From: Candidatus Saccharimonadota bacterium
GTDB taxonomy: Bacteria; Patescibacteriota; Gracilibacteria; BD1-5; UBA6164
Assembly (NCBI GenBank): GCA_965229705.1
Contig: OZ245922.1
Coordinates: 570,001-602,000 of the forward strand
Direction: 5' to 3'
Length of the DNA stretch: 32,000 nucleotides
The notes beneath the pieces were generated by a model. The model made no database searches, was not told where the DNA came from, and saw only the letters and a list, made by a program, of their open reading frames with translations. How positions within the stretch are numbered: position 1 is the stretch's first letter; every line of letters begins with the position of its first letter. The position numbers were made by a program, and so were the translations under genes. This document shows positions 1 through 9,954 of the stretch, in pieces.

Positions 1-95
1 CGAGCCATCTCTCCTTTGGAAAAGGAGAGAAAAAAAGGAGTTTTTCAGAGATTCCTTAAAGAATATAATTTTTATCTTTATAAACACTTTGTAGT

Positions 96-794
96 ATGTA
101 TAGAACTTTTTTGAAAAAAACTCCAAAGACTCAGGGTTTTACTCTGGTAGAACTAATCACGGTAGTAACAATCCTCGCTGTACTCTCTGCTATAGGATTT
201 GTCTCTTTTTCTGGGTATCTCGCAGGAGTCAGAGATACCAATAGACTGTCACAGATCACATCTATATATGACTGACTGGAACTTTATTCTACAAAGAATG
301 ATCTGCCTATGCCTGATGACGCTGTAGAGATACAGGACGGAACCAGTCTCTTATGATATCAAGGAAATATTGGAGCAAATATTCTCGATATCCTCGACTT
401 TAGTCGAGGAGGTGTTGATCCCAAAGATGATTCATATTTTGTGTATTATCTCTCTGCAGATAAGAATGATTTTCAACTTATGGCGTTTCTCGAGGAAGAA
501 CAAAACGTCCCAACCGTATTTTTTCCTCAGGCATATGCTAAAGACTATAGTAATCTTTATCCAGTCGTATTTGGAGAAAAGCTTGGAATACTCCTTGATG
601 AGACAACGAAGACTCCTGTCCATGAGATAGAGGCAGTCAAGACGGCTGGAGCGTTAGATTTAGATGGAAGTACAGAGAGTTATACTGCCTACTTTAAAAA
701 TGATGATACCGCAACGGATACAGGAGAAAATCTATGAGAGACGATAGAGGAGGAGAGAGAGGAAGGGGCGAGTACTTCTGACAGTATCGAGTAG
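96..794 (+). CDS. Type IV pilin-like protein, copy 1, 0-frame segment (prepilin leader, G|FTLVE cleavage/methylation motif, hydrophobic helix, globular part)
   Basis: ATG at 96. Translation MYRTFLKKTPKTQGFTLVELITVVTILAVLSAIGFVSFSGYLAGVRDT... In-frame TGA at 273, 354 and 735; the first two align with GGT/GGA in copy 2. The frame ends at TAG 792-794. Confidence 0.75.
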
Positions 795-1551
795 TTCAAC
801 TACTGCTTCTACTGCGCCTACTGATTGGAGAGCTCAAGATCCTAATTGTGACAGAGCAGATGTGACTATCTGAACACAGACGTGGGCATGATGTAACTCA
901 ACTCTGGGAACATGATTTGAATGGTGACAAACAGATGCGGATGTAGGGACAAATAATTATAGTGGATCGGTAGGTTCTTCTCAAGGTTGCTACAACTATA
1001 ACGGAAGTACTTCTTGAGTAGCTTGTACCAAGTGAGATATAACGATGGCGAGTACCTCTAAAGCCAATGCTTGGTTTACCGGAACGAATAATAATGGAGA
1101 TACTGCCGTAGATAATATATGGGGAAAGTTCTATACTTGGGATTCTCTCGATACGGATAATGATAACGATATAGATGCAGCTGATACCAATCTTGTATGT
1201 TGAGTGGGATACCATGTACCAAGTGAACTCGAATGGGAAACACTCGAAGAATACTTGAATGGATCAGCTTGTAGAACTTCATATAATAGTTACCAGTGTG
1301 ACTGACAGTGATGGAAGTACCACTCAACGACTAATAGTGATAGCAGTATTGCCGAACTCCTACAGATTCCTTTGAGTGGTCAGCGTACTAATAACACATT
1401 CTATCATCGTGGGAACTATGGGTATCTATGGTCTAGTACGGTAAATGGATCTAAGGCTTATAGGAGAGATTTTTTTTATAATAGTACCAACGTCAATAGT
1501 AACGATGTTACACAATCGAGTTGATATTCAGTCAGGTGTATCAAGGATTAG
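793..1551 (+). CDS. FISUMP-type (Fibrobacter succinogenes major paralogous, TIGR02145-like) domain, copy 1, in the +1 frame relative to 96-794
   Basis: The +1 frame is open from 748 and has no ATG at its 5' end. Translation ...DWRAQDPNCDRADVTIGTQTWAGCN...VCGVGYHVPSELEWETLEEYL...GYLWSSTVNGSKAY...SGYSVRCIKD, stop TAG 1549-1551. It is most simply read as the C-terminal part of the pilin gene after a +1 shift. Confidence 0.7.
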
Positions 1552-1560
1552 GGATTTTTG

Positions 1561-1592
1561 AACGCCGGGGTGTAGCCTGGGGTTGTTTTTTT
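1561..1592 (+). terminator. Putative intrinsic terminator after pilin-FISUMP copy 1
   Basis: aacgccgggg-tgta-gcctggggtt imperfect GC stem followed by gttttttt, 10 nt after the stop. Confidence 0.45.
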
Positions 1593-1715
1593 AAGAAGAA
1601 CTATATTCACACACAAGATTCTTTCTTGAGTCAACGAAAAAAACTCTTGTTCTATTGTATTTTCGTGAAAAAGAAGTATTTTTCTCTTGGAAAATACTTT
1701 CTTAATTATTTCTTT

Positions 1716-2408
1716 ATGAAGCCATCTTTCTTAAAAAAAACTCAGGGTTTTACTCTGGTAGAACTGATCACGGTAGTGACTATCCTTGCTGTACTTGCAG
1801 CTATAGGATTTGTCTCTTTTTCTGGTTATCTCGCAGGAGTACGAGATACCAATAGACTTTCTCAACTTACATCTATCTATGACGGTTTAGAGCTCTACGC
1901 GACAAAGTATGATCTGCCTATGCCTGATGATGCTGTAGAGATACAAGACGGATCGAGTCTCTTAGGATACCAAGGAAATATAGGAGCAAATATCCTCGAT
2001 ATCCTCGACTTTAGTCGAGGAGGTGTTGATCCCAAAGATGATTCATATTTTGTATATTATCTCTCTGCAGATAAAAGTGATTTTCAGCTTATGGCGTTTC
2101 TCGAGGAAGAACAAAATGTTCCAACGGTATTTTTTCCTCAGGCATATGCCGATAAAGACTATAGTAATCTTTATCCAGTCGTATTTGGAGAAAAGCTTGG
2201 AATACTCCTTGATGAGACAACGAAGACTCCTGTCCATGAGATAGAGGCAGTCAAGACGGCTGGAGCGTTAGATTTAGATGGAAGTACAGAGAGTTATACT
2301 GCCTACTTTAAAAATGATGATACCGCAACGGATACAGGAGAAAATCTATGAGAGACGATAGAGGAGGAGAGAGAGGAAGGGGCGAGTACTTCTGACAGTA
2401 TCGAGTAG
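1716..2408 (+). CDS. Type IV pilin-like protein, copy 2, 0-frame segment
   Basis: ATG at 1716. Translation MKPSFLKKTQGFTLVELITVVTILAVLAAIGFVSFSGYLAGVRDT... Reads through TGA 2349 and stops at TAG 2406-2408. The junction sequence is identical to copy 1. Confidence 0.75.
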
Positions 2409-3168
2409 TTCAACTACTGCTTCTACTGCGCCTACTGATTGGAGAGCTCAAGATCCTAATTGTGACAGAGCAGATGTGACTATCTGAACACAGACGTGGG
2501 CATGATGTAACTCGACGCTAGGAGCATGACTTGAGTGGTGACAAACAGATGCGGATATAGGGACGAATAACTATAGTGGAACTATATACTCTTCTCAAGG
2601 TTGTTATGATTATAATGGAAACTACATAGATACAAGTAACTGTACTGCATGAGATATAACGATGGCGAGTACCTCTAAAGCTAATGACTGGTTTACTGGA
2701 ACGAATAATAATGGAGATACTGCCGTAGATAATATATGGGGAAAGTTCTATACTTGGGATTCTCTCGATACAGATAATGATAATGATATAGACGCAGATG
2801 ATACCAATCTTGTATGTTGAGTGGGATACCATGTACCAAGTGAACTCGAATGGGAAACACTCGAAGAATACTTGAATGGATCAGCTTGTAGAACTTCATA
2901 TAATAGTTACCAGTGTGACTGACAGTGATGGAAGTACCACTCAACGACTAATAGTGATAGCAGTATTGCCGAACTCCTACAGATTCCTTTGAGTGGTCAG
3001 CGTACTAATAACACATTCTATCATCGTGGGAACTATGGGTATCTATGGTCTAGTACGGTAAATGGATCTAAGGCTTATAGGAGAGATTTTTTTTATAATA
3101 GTACCAACGTCAATAGTAACGATGTTACACAATCGAGTTGATATTCAGTCAGGTGTATAAAGGATTAG
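2407..3168 (+). CDS. FISUMP-type domain, copy 2, +1 frame
   Basis: Same architecture as 793-1551. The diverged patch (..GTIYSSQGCYDYNGNYIDTSNCTAGD..) keeps the frame open. Ends ...GYSVRCIKD with TAG 3166-3168. Confidence 0.7.
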
Positions 3169-3181
3169 GGATTTTTGAACG

Positions 3182-3210
3182 CCGGGGTGTAGCCCGGGAT
3201 TGTTTTTTTT
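3182..3210 (+). terminator. Putative intrinsic terminator after copy 2
   Basis: ccggg-gtgtag-cccgg stem followed by a T8 run. Confidence 0.4.
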
Positions 3211-3331
3211 GAGAAGAGCTATATTCATACACTACAGTCTTTGCTGAGTCAAGCAAAAATCCTGTAAGTCATTGCGTTTTCCACAAAAGGAAGTATTTTC
3301 CTCTTGAGAAATACTTCTTTAACATTTCTTT

Positions 3332-4153
3332 ATGAAGCCATCTTTCTGTAAAAACACTCAGGCCTTCACTTTCGTAGAACTCATCACCGTTATCACGATA
3401 TTAGTAGTCCTCTCGGCTATAGGATTTGTCTCTTTTTCTGGATATCTCGTATGAGTCAGAGATACAAGCAGACTCTCCCAGCTCTCCTCTCTCTATGATG
3501 GACTCGAGATTTCTCGAACAAGTTATAGTGTTCCTATGCCTGATGACGCCCTAGAAATACGAGATGGAAATACCCTCTTGTGATATCAATGAGTAGCTGG
3601 GAAAAGCGTTCTCAACTCACTGGGATTTACTAAATGATGAGTCGATCCAAAAGATGATTCTTTCTATATTTACTATCTCTCAAATACCAAAAGAGAGTTT
3701 CAGTTAATGGGATTTCTCGAAGAAGAAGAAAATGTCCCAATAGTATCCCTCCCTCAAGCATACGCAAAAGACTATTCGTCTCTCTTCCCTGTAGTATTTT
3801 GAAGGATACTATGAATCTTGTTAGACGAATCAACACAAACACCTATGCACGAAATAGAGTCTGGTGATCTCGATCTCGATGGAGACAACGATACATATAC
3901 TGCCTATTTTGAAAATGATGATATCGTAACAGATACTGGTGATGATCTTGCAGATATTATTACAGACAGGAGAACTACCACAGTAAATACTTCTTCTAGT
4001 GGTTCTTCTGGAGGTGGTTCTTCTAGCTCTTCTAGTAGTTCCAGTTCTAACCGTTATCCATGATGTGATATGGATAATATTACCGTATGAAGTTATACTA
4101 TAGCTGCGTGTAATGTATGATCGAGTACTGCAGGAACATGAACTAGTTCTTAA
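3332..4153 (+). CDS. Type IV pilin-like protein, copy 3: pilin N-terminus, Ser/Gly-rich linker and the first ~30 residues of the FISUMP-type domain in one frame
   Basis: ATG at 3332. Translation MKPSFCKNTQAFTFVELITVITILVVLSAIGFVSFSGYLVGVRDTS... ...SSSGSSGGGSSSSSSSSSSNRYPGCDMDNITVGSYTIAACNVGSSTAGTGTSS, then TAA 4151-4153. Many in-frame TGA align with GGA in copies 1/2 (for example 3452 vs 1836). Confidence 0.75.
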
Positions 4154-4637
4154 TGGAGATTATATCCAGTTTTGAAAATCAGATACGACCGTGACAAACG
4201 CAAATTTTAATCTTCATGATTGGAAATCCCCAGGATGATCAGATAAAGGTTCTGCAAATGATTGGGGAGTATATAATAATACAAAAGATAGTGCAACTTT
4301 TGCAAACTCCAGCACTGCAGATCGAGCAAAAATGCAAGGTCCGTGCGCGAGTGGATACCATGTCCCAACGAGAAAAGAGTGGGTTGATGCTCACTCAGCA
4401 GGTTGATGGTGAAGTAACGGTACGAATATGATGAACGCTCTTTATTTACCAAAAGCATGACAGAAAGACTTAACAAGCTCAATGAGTGAGGAGTGAAGCA
4501 CTTGATACTATCGATCTTCCTCACCAAATGGAAGCTATTCTCATATACTCAGTATAAAATCTTCTGGTATTTCTTTAGATGATGAAAAGAGCCTCAGATA
4601 CTTTACTTGGTCAGTTCGATGTTTTAAAGATAACTAA
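4152..4637 (+). CDS. Remainder of the FISUMP-type domain of copy 3, +1 frame
   Basis: Translation NGDYIQFGKSDTTVTNANFNLHDWKSPGGSDKGSANDWGVYNN...CASGYHVPTRKEWVDAHSAGGWGSNG...YYRSSSPNGSYSH...WSVRCFKDN, stop TAA 4635-4637. The domain is split by the frame change at 4151. Confidence 0.7.
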
Positions 4638-4805
4638 AAAAAAGTAAAGCTTCTCTTTGTCTCAAATACCGAAAAATTGTTCATAAAAAGATATATTCTG
4701 CTATACTAAAGAAGCACGGAAAAATAAGATTGGATTTTGACAATGAAATACGAAGTTTTTCCGCATTTCTCTAAGAATATATCTTTTTTCTTTTGAACTA
4801 TTCAT

Positions 4806-7229
4806 ATGCAAGAAATTTTTATCAGTATTATCAGTGTATGAGTCATACTCTATGGCTTATTATTTGTGATTCGAAAAAAAGCCTATTATACAAGAACGCT
4901 TGAGACTATCTTTTTGCGAGTGATGCTCCCAAAAAAAGAAAGTGACCTCGATACAAAAAAAGATACCTCAAAAGATTTTAAGGAAATGGTATCTCTCATG
5001 GAACAACTCCTCTCTTCCCTCAAAGCTACCTACTCACACAAAATTATCAAACGCATTCTCGGTCAAGATACTCTTTCCCTTGAATATATTGCTCATGAAA
5101 ATGAAATATTTTTTTATGTTACCTGTAGCAAACACTATAAGAAACTCATAGAAAAACAAATACACGGTTTTTATCCTGATGCGATTATCGAAGAAACAAA
5201 AGAAATAAATATTTTTGAGTGAAGAAAAGCGTTTTCTACCACCTATCTCAACACAGTAAAAAACTTTCCTTATCCTATCAAGACATACCAAAAACTCGAA
5301 AGTGATCCTATCAATAATATTGCTGGAGCATTTTCACGACTCGAAGATGATCAATCAGCCGCGATACAAATACTCCTGAAACCCATAGGAGATGACTGGC
5401 AAAATAAATCTGCAAAGATATCTAGTAGTATCATGAAGTCAAAATCCTGATACCTCACGCTTAATCCTCTCAAAATACTTATCTGACTCTTTGAAATACT
5501 TTTTCAAAGCTCAGAAAAAGACAACTCTCCAGAAGAAAATAACTCCTCAGCTCTCACGCAAGAACGAGCAAAAACCGTAGATGAAAAAGGTGATAAAACT
5601 GGATACAAAGCTATTATCAGAGTCATCACTACTGGAAATAGTGAGCAAGACACTCAAACAGAACTCAAAAATATTATCTCTAGTTTTTCACAGTTTTCTT
5701 ATCCAGATTTTAACAAGTTTACCTATACTCTCCGGCATTCTCAAAATTCTCTCATAAAAAACTATATTTATAGATACTTCACCAAACCTTTTTGGCTCAA
5801 GAAAATGATACTCAATACCGAAGAGATCGCTTCTCTCTTTCATTTTCCTCATATCAAGTACAACGAAACACCCGAGATAAAATGGCAAAACTTTAAGGTG
5901 ATCAAGGCTCCACATAATATTCCCAAAGAGTGAATCATGCTCGGACATAATGTTCATAGATGAGTCAAAAAAGAGATACGCATTAAAACCGAAGATCGTC
6001 TCCGACATATGTACGTTATCGGACAAACAGGAACGGGGAAATCAACAATTATGCTCTCTATGGCAAAACAAGACTTTTACTCTTGAGATGGTGTTGCGAT
6101 TATGGATCCTCATGGAGACCTCATCAAAGATGTACTTCCATGGATACCTCGAGAAAGAGCTGATGATGTGATAGTCTTTGATCCCTCTGATGAAGAAAGA
6201 CCTATCGGTCTAAATCTCCTTGAAGCAGAACCAGAAGAACGTGATATGGTCGCGCAGGATGCAAATAATATGATGATCAAACTTTTCTGAAATGAGATTT
6301 TTGGTCCCAGACTCCAAGACTATTTTCTCAATGGATGTCTGACGCTCATGGAGTACCCGCAATGAGGAGCTCTTACAGATATTATTCGTCTCTTTACTGA
6401 TGATGATTTCCAAAAAGATCATGTTCGTAATGTTAAAAATCCTATTGTAAAAGCTTGGTGGGAAAAAACATTTGCCAATATGGGACAACGAGAAAAACAA
6501 GAGATTATCCCCTACTTTGCGGCAAAATTTTCAGGATTTATTACCAATAAAATGATGCGAAATATTATCGGACAAACAAAAAGCTCTTTTAATATCACCG
6601 ACTGTATGCAGAGTAATAAGATCCTGCTACTCAATCTCTCAAAAGGTCTTGTATGAGACCTCAACTCAAAACTCTTAGGAATGATCATCGTCAGTAAGAT
6701 ACAAACTGCAGCAATGCAAAGACAACGAATGACGAAACAAGAAAGACAAGACTTCTTCCTCTATATCGATGAGTTTCAAAACTATGTCACTCCGAGTATT
6801 GAGTCGATACTTTCCGAGGCTCGAAAATATCGCCTTGGTCTGGTACTTGCACATCAGTATCTTGGTCAACTTGAGCAATCTGACGCACTTACAAAATCGA
6901 GTCTCGATCTCAAAAAGGCAATTTTCGGAAATGTGGGAACCGTGATGAGTTATAAAATATGACCTGAAGATGGAGAGTTTATGGCAAAATATTTTCAGCC
7001 AAAAGTTTCTGATGCTGATCTCATAAATATGGATAAGTTTAAATGAGTTATGAAACTTGCTATTGATAACCAACCAACAACTCCCTTCTCTATTATTCCT
7101 GAAAATCCGTATCTTGATGCATGAGATCCAAAAATTGCCAAAGCTCTCATAGAACTCTCAAGACTCAAGTATGGGAGAGATAAAGTATTTGTGAGTAAAG
7201 AAATCGAATATCGCATATGAGTCATGTAG
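4806..7229 (+). CDS. VirD4/TraG/TraD-family (type IV secretion coupling protein-like) P-loop ATPase with N-terminal TM helix
   Basis: 807 codons, uninterrupted with TGA=Gly (checked codon by codon over 5220-6104). N-terminal helix ISIISVGVILYGLLFVI. Walker A VIGQTGTGKST, IMDPHGDL, Walker B-like FFLYIDEFQNY, and LVLAHQYLGQL (TraG-D_C-like). Stop TAG 7227-7229. Confidence 0.8.
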
Positions 7230-7840
7230 CACACCAAGAACTCAGAGAAAAGATTATTGCATACTTTCCTGCTGAGTCGCTCTCCTACTTCCCGGAAAAT
7301 ACGCTGGAGTATCTCCTCAGCGGAGAGATTATTTTTGGTCACTTGATAGAGTGAGAAAATATAGATAGTAGCGCTATGATTTTTGAATACCAAAAAGCTC
7401 TTGATGAAATGCTGGAACTGTATGTTGTTCAACCTTTTCGTCATGAGTTTCGACTTCAGTATTCTTGAGGTATTCCTATACATAATACTGCTTCTCATCT
7501 TGAAAAGTCTCTCTGTCTTGTGGTAGAAAAAAACTATCGTCTGAGTTTTGGGAGGTTTTATGAGGTTCTAGGGCGTATAAGTGAGATATCCAAAAATATA
7601 TGAGTGTATGAAAGTTGACTCAGAGACTTTCTCACAGTATGAACTTTAGAAAAAATACTTGTAAAAAGCCATTTTTGAAAACATCTTGCATCTCTGATAG
7701 AGAGCTGAGTTATGAATGAAAAAAGGCACTCATGAGTCTTGAGTTTTGATGAAGCTCTGAAAGCAAGAAAAAGTATATGTGGAAATTTTGAGAATCCAGA
7801 TTCTCTCTTATACTTGCTCGCAAGTACGCAGATACTATAA
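7217..7840 (+). CDS. Hypothetical protein (207 aa), start overlaps the coupling-ATPase stop by 13 nt
   Basis: ATG at 7217, TAA at 7838-7840, open with TGA=Gly. No recognisable motif. The 167-aa antisense ORF in the track (6995-7498) is rejected in favour of this frame. Confidence 0.55.
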
Positions 7841-7903
7841 CATAGTGCTATCTTCTTGAAAAACTGCTTCTATCCAGTGAAAATATACTCTTAATGTATT
7901 ACT

Positions 7904-8347
7904 ATGAAAATCCTTCTTTTTTTCCCTGCTATTGCCTACCTCGCACTTCTCATCATCAATCTTGAGATATTTTCTGCAAGCACAGAGATAAACTTTTTCT
8001 GGCTTTTGAGTTTCCAGATACCAGTGGTAATATTTATCTCTCTTTTTTTTATTCTTTATATATTGCTTATTTGGGCAGGATTTAACTTTTCACATGTATT
8101 TTCAAATATAAAAACTCGCAAACTCGAAAAAGAGGTGTTTGATCTAAAAACAAAGCTCCTAAACCGTCAGTGAGAACTCGTGAAGGATATAGAAGAAGTA
8201 TTCTCAAAAAAGCTCAGTGACTTTAAGACTGAGTCTGATAAAAAGCTCGAACTCACCAAAAAAGAAACAACAAAAATTGTTTCTCAAATGGAATATCAGT
8301 TTCAAAGTCTCAAAGAAAAGATGCAAGAACTCTGAAAGAAGAAGTAG
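7904..8347 (+). CDS. Small membrane protein with two N-terminal TM helices and a C-terminal charged coiled-coil (LapA/DUF1049-like topology)
   Basis: ATG at 7904, reads through TGA at 8171 and 8333, stops at TAG 8345-8347. Translation MKILLFFPAIAYLALLIINLE...ILLIWAGFNF... followed by a K/E-rich tail. Confidence 0.65.
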
Positions 8348-8483
8348 TCACCTCAAGAACCTCTGATAAATAGAAAAATACTGCGTAGGAAATAAGTATC
8401 AAAAATAACTCTAGGTTTTATACTCTAGGATTCACATTCAATACATATCTTGAGAAAAGCAAAAATACTTTTTCAGAGATTTT

Positions 8484-8729
8484 TTAATTTTGATGGTTAT
8501 CAATATCAAATATCTTGAGTACTCACTTATCCAACTTACATAAAGCCCGGAACTGTTTATTTATCCTAAAGTAGTAAATATTTTCCTTTTTAGGTTTCCT
8601 GAGTTTAAAGTCTGACCTTTTATAGTCTCAAGATATAATAAATTTTTTTGCCTTATAAAACTGACCTAACAACTGTCTCTTTTTCAGAAATTCCAGAGTA
8701 TCATCTGCAATAAGTACTCTCTCTATCAT
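8484..8729 (-). CDS. RelE/ParE-superfamily-like toxin (81 aa), putative
   Basis: Translation MIERVLIADDTLEFLKKRQLLGQFYKAKKFIISGDYKRSDFKLRKPKKENIYYFRINKQFRALCKLDKGVLKIFDIDNHQN. The ..YYFRIN.QFRA......L.IF.I.NH tail resembles RelE/ParE toxins. Its start overlaps the upstream small gene. Confidence 0.55.
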
Positions 8730-8929
8730 TGCAAATCAACAAAATTAAGAGTATCTATATTCTTAAGCCTTTTTTTTGACGATACAGATAAGTCATCAAC
8801 TCATATATGAAATAACTCTATCTGATCTTCTCATAACTCTTTATGAAGAAACTCCAAAAATTTCATCTGTATTTCGTATGATGAATACTTATCTACTATT
8901 TCAGGATGATCTACTGTTATAACTGTCAT
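8723..8929 (-). CDS. Putative antitoxin (68 aa) upstream of and overlapping the toxin gene
   Basis: ATG at 8929-8927, stop TAG 8725-8723, with a 7-nt overlap on the toxin ATG (caATGAtag). The call rests on size and arrangement only. Confidence 0.45.
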
Positions 8930-9017
8930 GGCTATGATGATATTTTTTTTAAAAAAAAATCAATAAAAAAAGGCTCTTTTCTATATAATAGAGAAATATC
9001 CTCAACATAATAAAACT

Positions 9018-9680
9018 ATGCTATATATCATACCCACTCCTATTGGAAATCTTGAAGATATCACGCTCAGAGCTTTGCGAGTACTCAAAGAGGTAGATTA
9101 TATCGCCTGCGAAGATACTCGTACGAGCTGAGTACTCCTCAAACATTATGATATCAGCACACCAACTCTCTCTTACCACTCATACTCCTGACAAGCAAAA
9201 GTTGAGAAAATCATCGATATGCTAAAAAATGGAAAAACTCTCGCGCTCATATCTGACGCTGGAACTCCAGGGATATCTGATCCAGGATATGCTCTTGTAA
9301 GAGCTGTTTTGGAACATGATATTGAGGTATCAGCTCTTCCATGACCGTCAGCCGTACTTACAGCACTCTCAGCATCATGACTCCCCTCTCATCATTTTTT
9401 GTACCTCGGATTTCTCCCTGTGAAAAAATGACGCCAAACACTCCTGAAGAAAATCTCTGAAAACCCCTCAGAGACCATCGTAATCTATGAGAGTGTTCAT
9501 CGTATAGAAAAAACGCTGGGAGATCTCGAAAAATACTTTGGTGAAACACGCTATATAGTTATTGCTCGTGAGATCACGAAAAAGTTTGAGCAGTATACTC
9601 GAGGGAGTATTGGCGAAGTACAAAAATACTTTGCTGACAATCCTGGAAAAATAAAATGAGAGTTTGTTATTTTACTATAA
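9018..9680 (+). CDS. rsmI: 16S rRNA (cytidine1402-2'-O)-methyltransferase RsmI
   Basis: Translation [44 protein letters not shown]...[18 protein letters not shown]...[17 protein letters not shown]...IYESVHR. In-frame TGA falls on conserved Gly. Confidence 0.9.
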
Positions 9681-9684
9681 GTGT

Positions 9685-9954
9685 ATGGATATAGGAAATG
9701 CTCTTCGTCGAAGCTGAATAGATGACATCACTATTCGATCTACTATATCAAGAGTTGTTGCGTCAAGTCTTGAGTATGATGTTACTGTTCTTTCTGTGAA
9801 AATTCATGGAAATATTATCAGAGTGAGAACTGATAATCCCCTGATCAATTCTGAACTTTCTCTGAAAAGTGGAGATATAAAAAAAGCTTCTCTCGAGAAG
9901 CTGTGAGCAATGGGGATTCAGCTATGAAAAAATATAAAATTTCGCTTTATTTAG
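9685..9954 (+). CDS. Small protein (89 aa), DUF721/DciA-like (tentative)
   Basis: ATG at 9685, TAG at 9952-9954. Ends ...GKNIKFRFI, resembling the DUF721 C-terminus. The functional call is weak. Confidence 0.5.

Larger units (their letters stand above)
96..4637 (+). repeat. Tandem array of three paralogous gene units (pilin-like N-terminus + FISUMP-type C-terminal domain): about 96-1715, 1716-3331, 3332-4637
   Basis: Units 1 and 2 are near-identical over most of their length, including the 3' half, terminator and 5' leader hairpin, with one diverged patch (about 895-1030 vs 2510-2650). Unit 3 is diverged but colinear at protein level. Confidence 0.85.

Noticed and set aside
895-2650. Diversity-generating retroelement (template/variable repeat) explaining the diverged patch between pilin-FISUMP copies 1 and 2.
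   Set aside because: The differences are a mixture of transitions and transversions at all four bases, not adenine-specific. There is one codon indel. No reverse transcriptase gene is in the window.
6995-7498. 167-aa minus-strand ORF in the supplied track. The same applies to 898-1327 (-), 2518-2944 (-), 5688-6026 (-), 6675-7073 (-), 11445-11783 (-), 19582-20304 (-), 20324-20692 (-) and 30192-30857 (-).
   Set aside because: All lie antisense to genes with clear family motifs once TGA is read as Gly. They have no motifs of their own and exist because low GC and low-complexity coding sequence leave antisense frames open.
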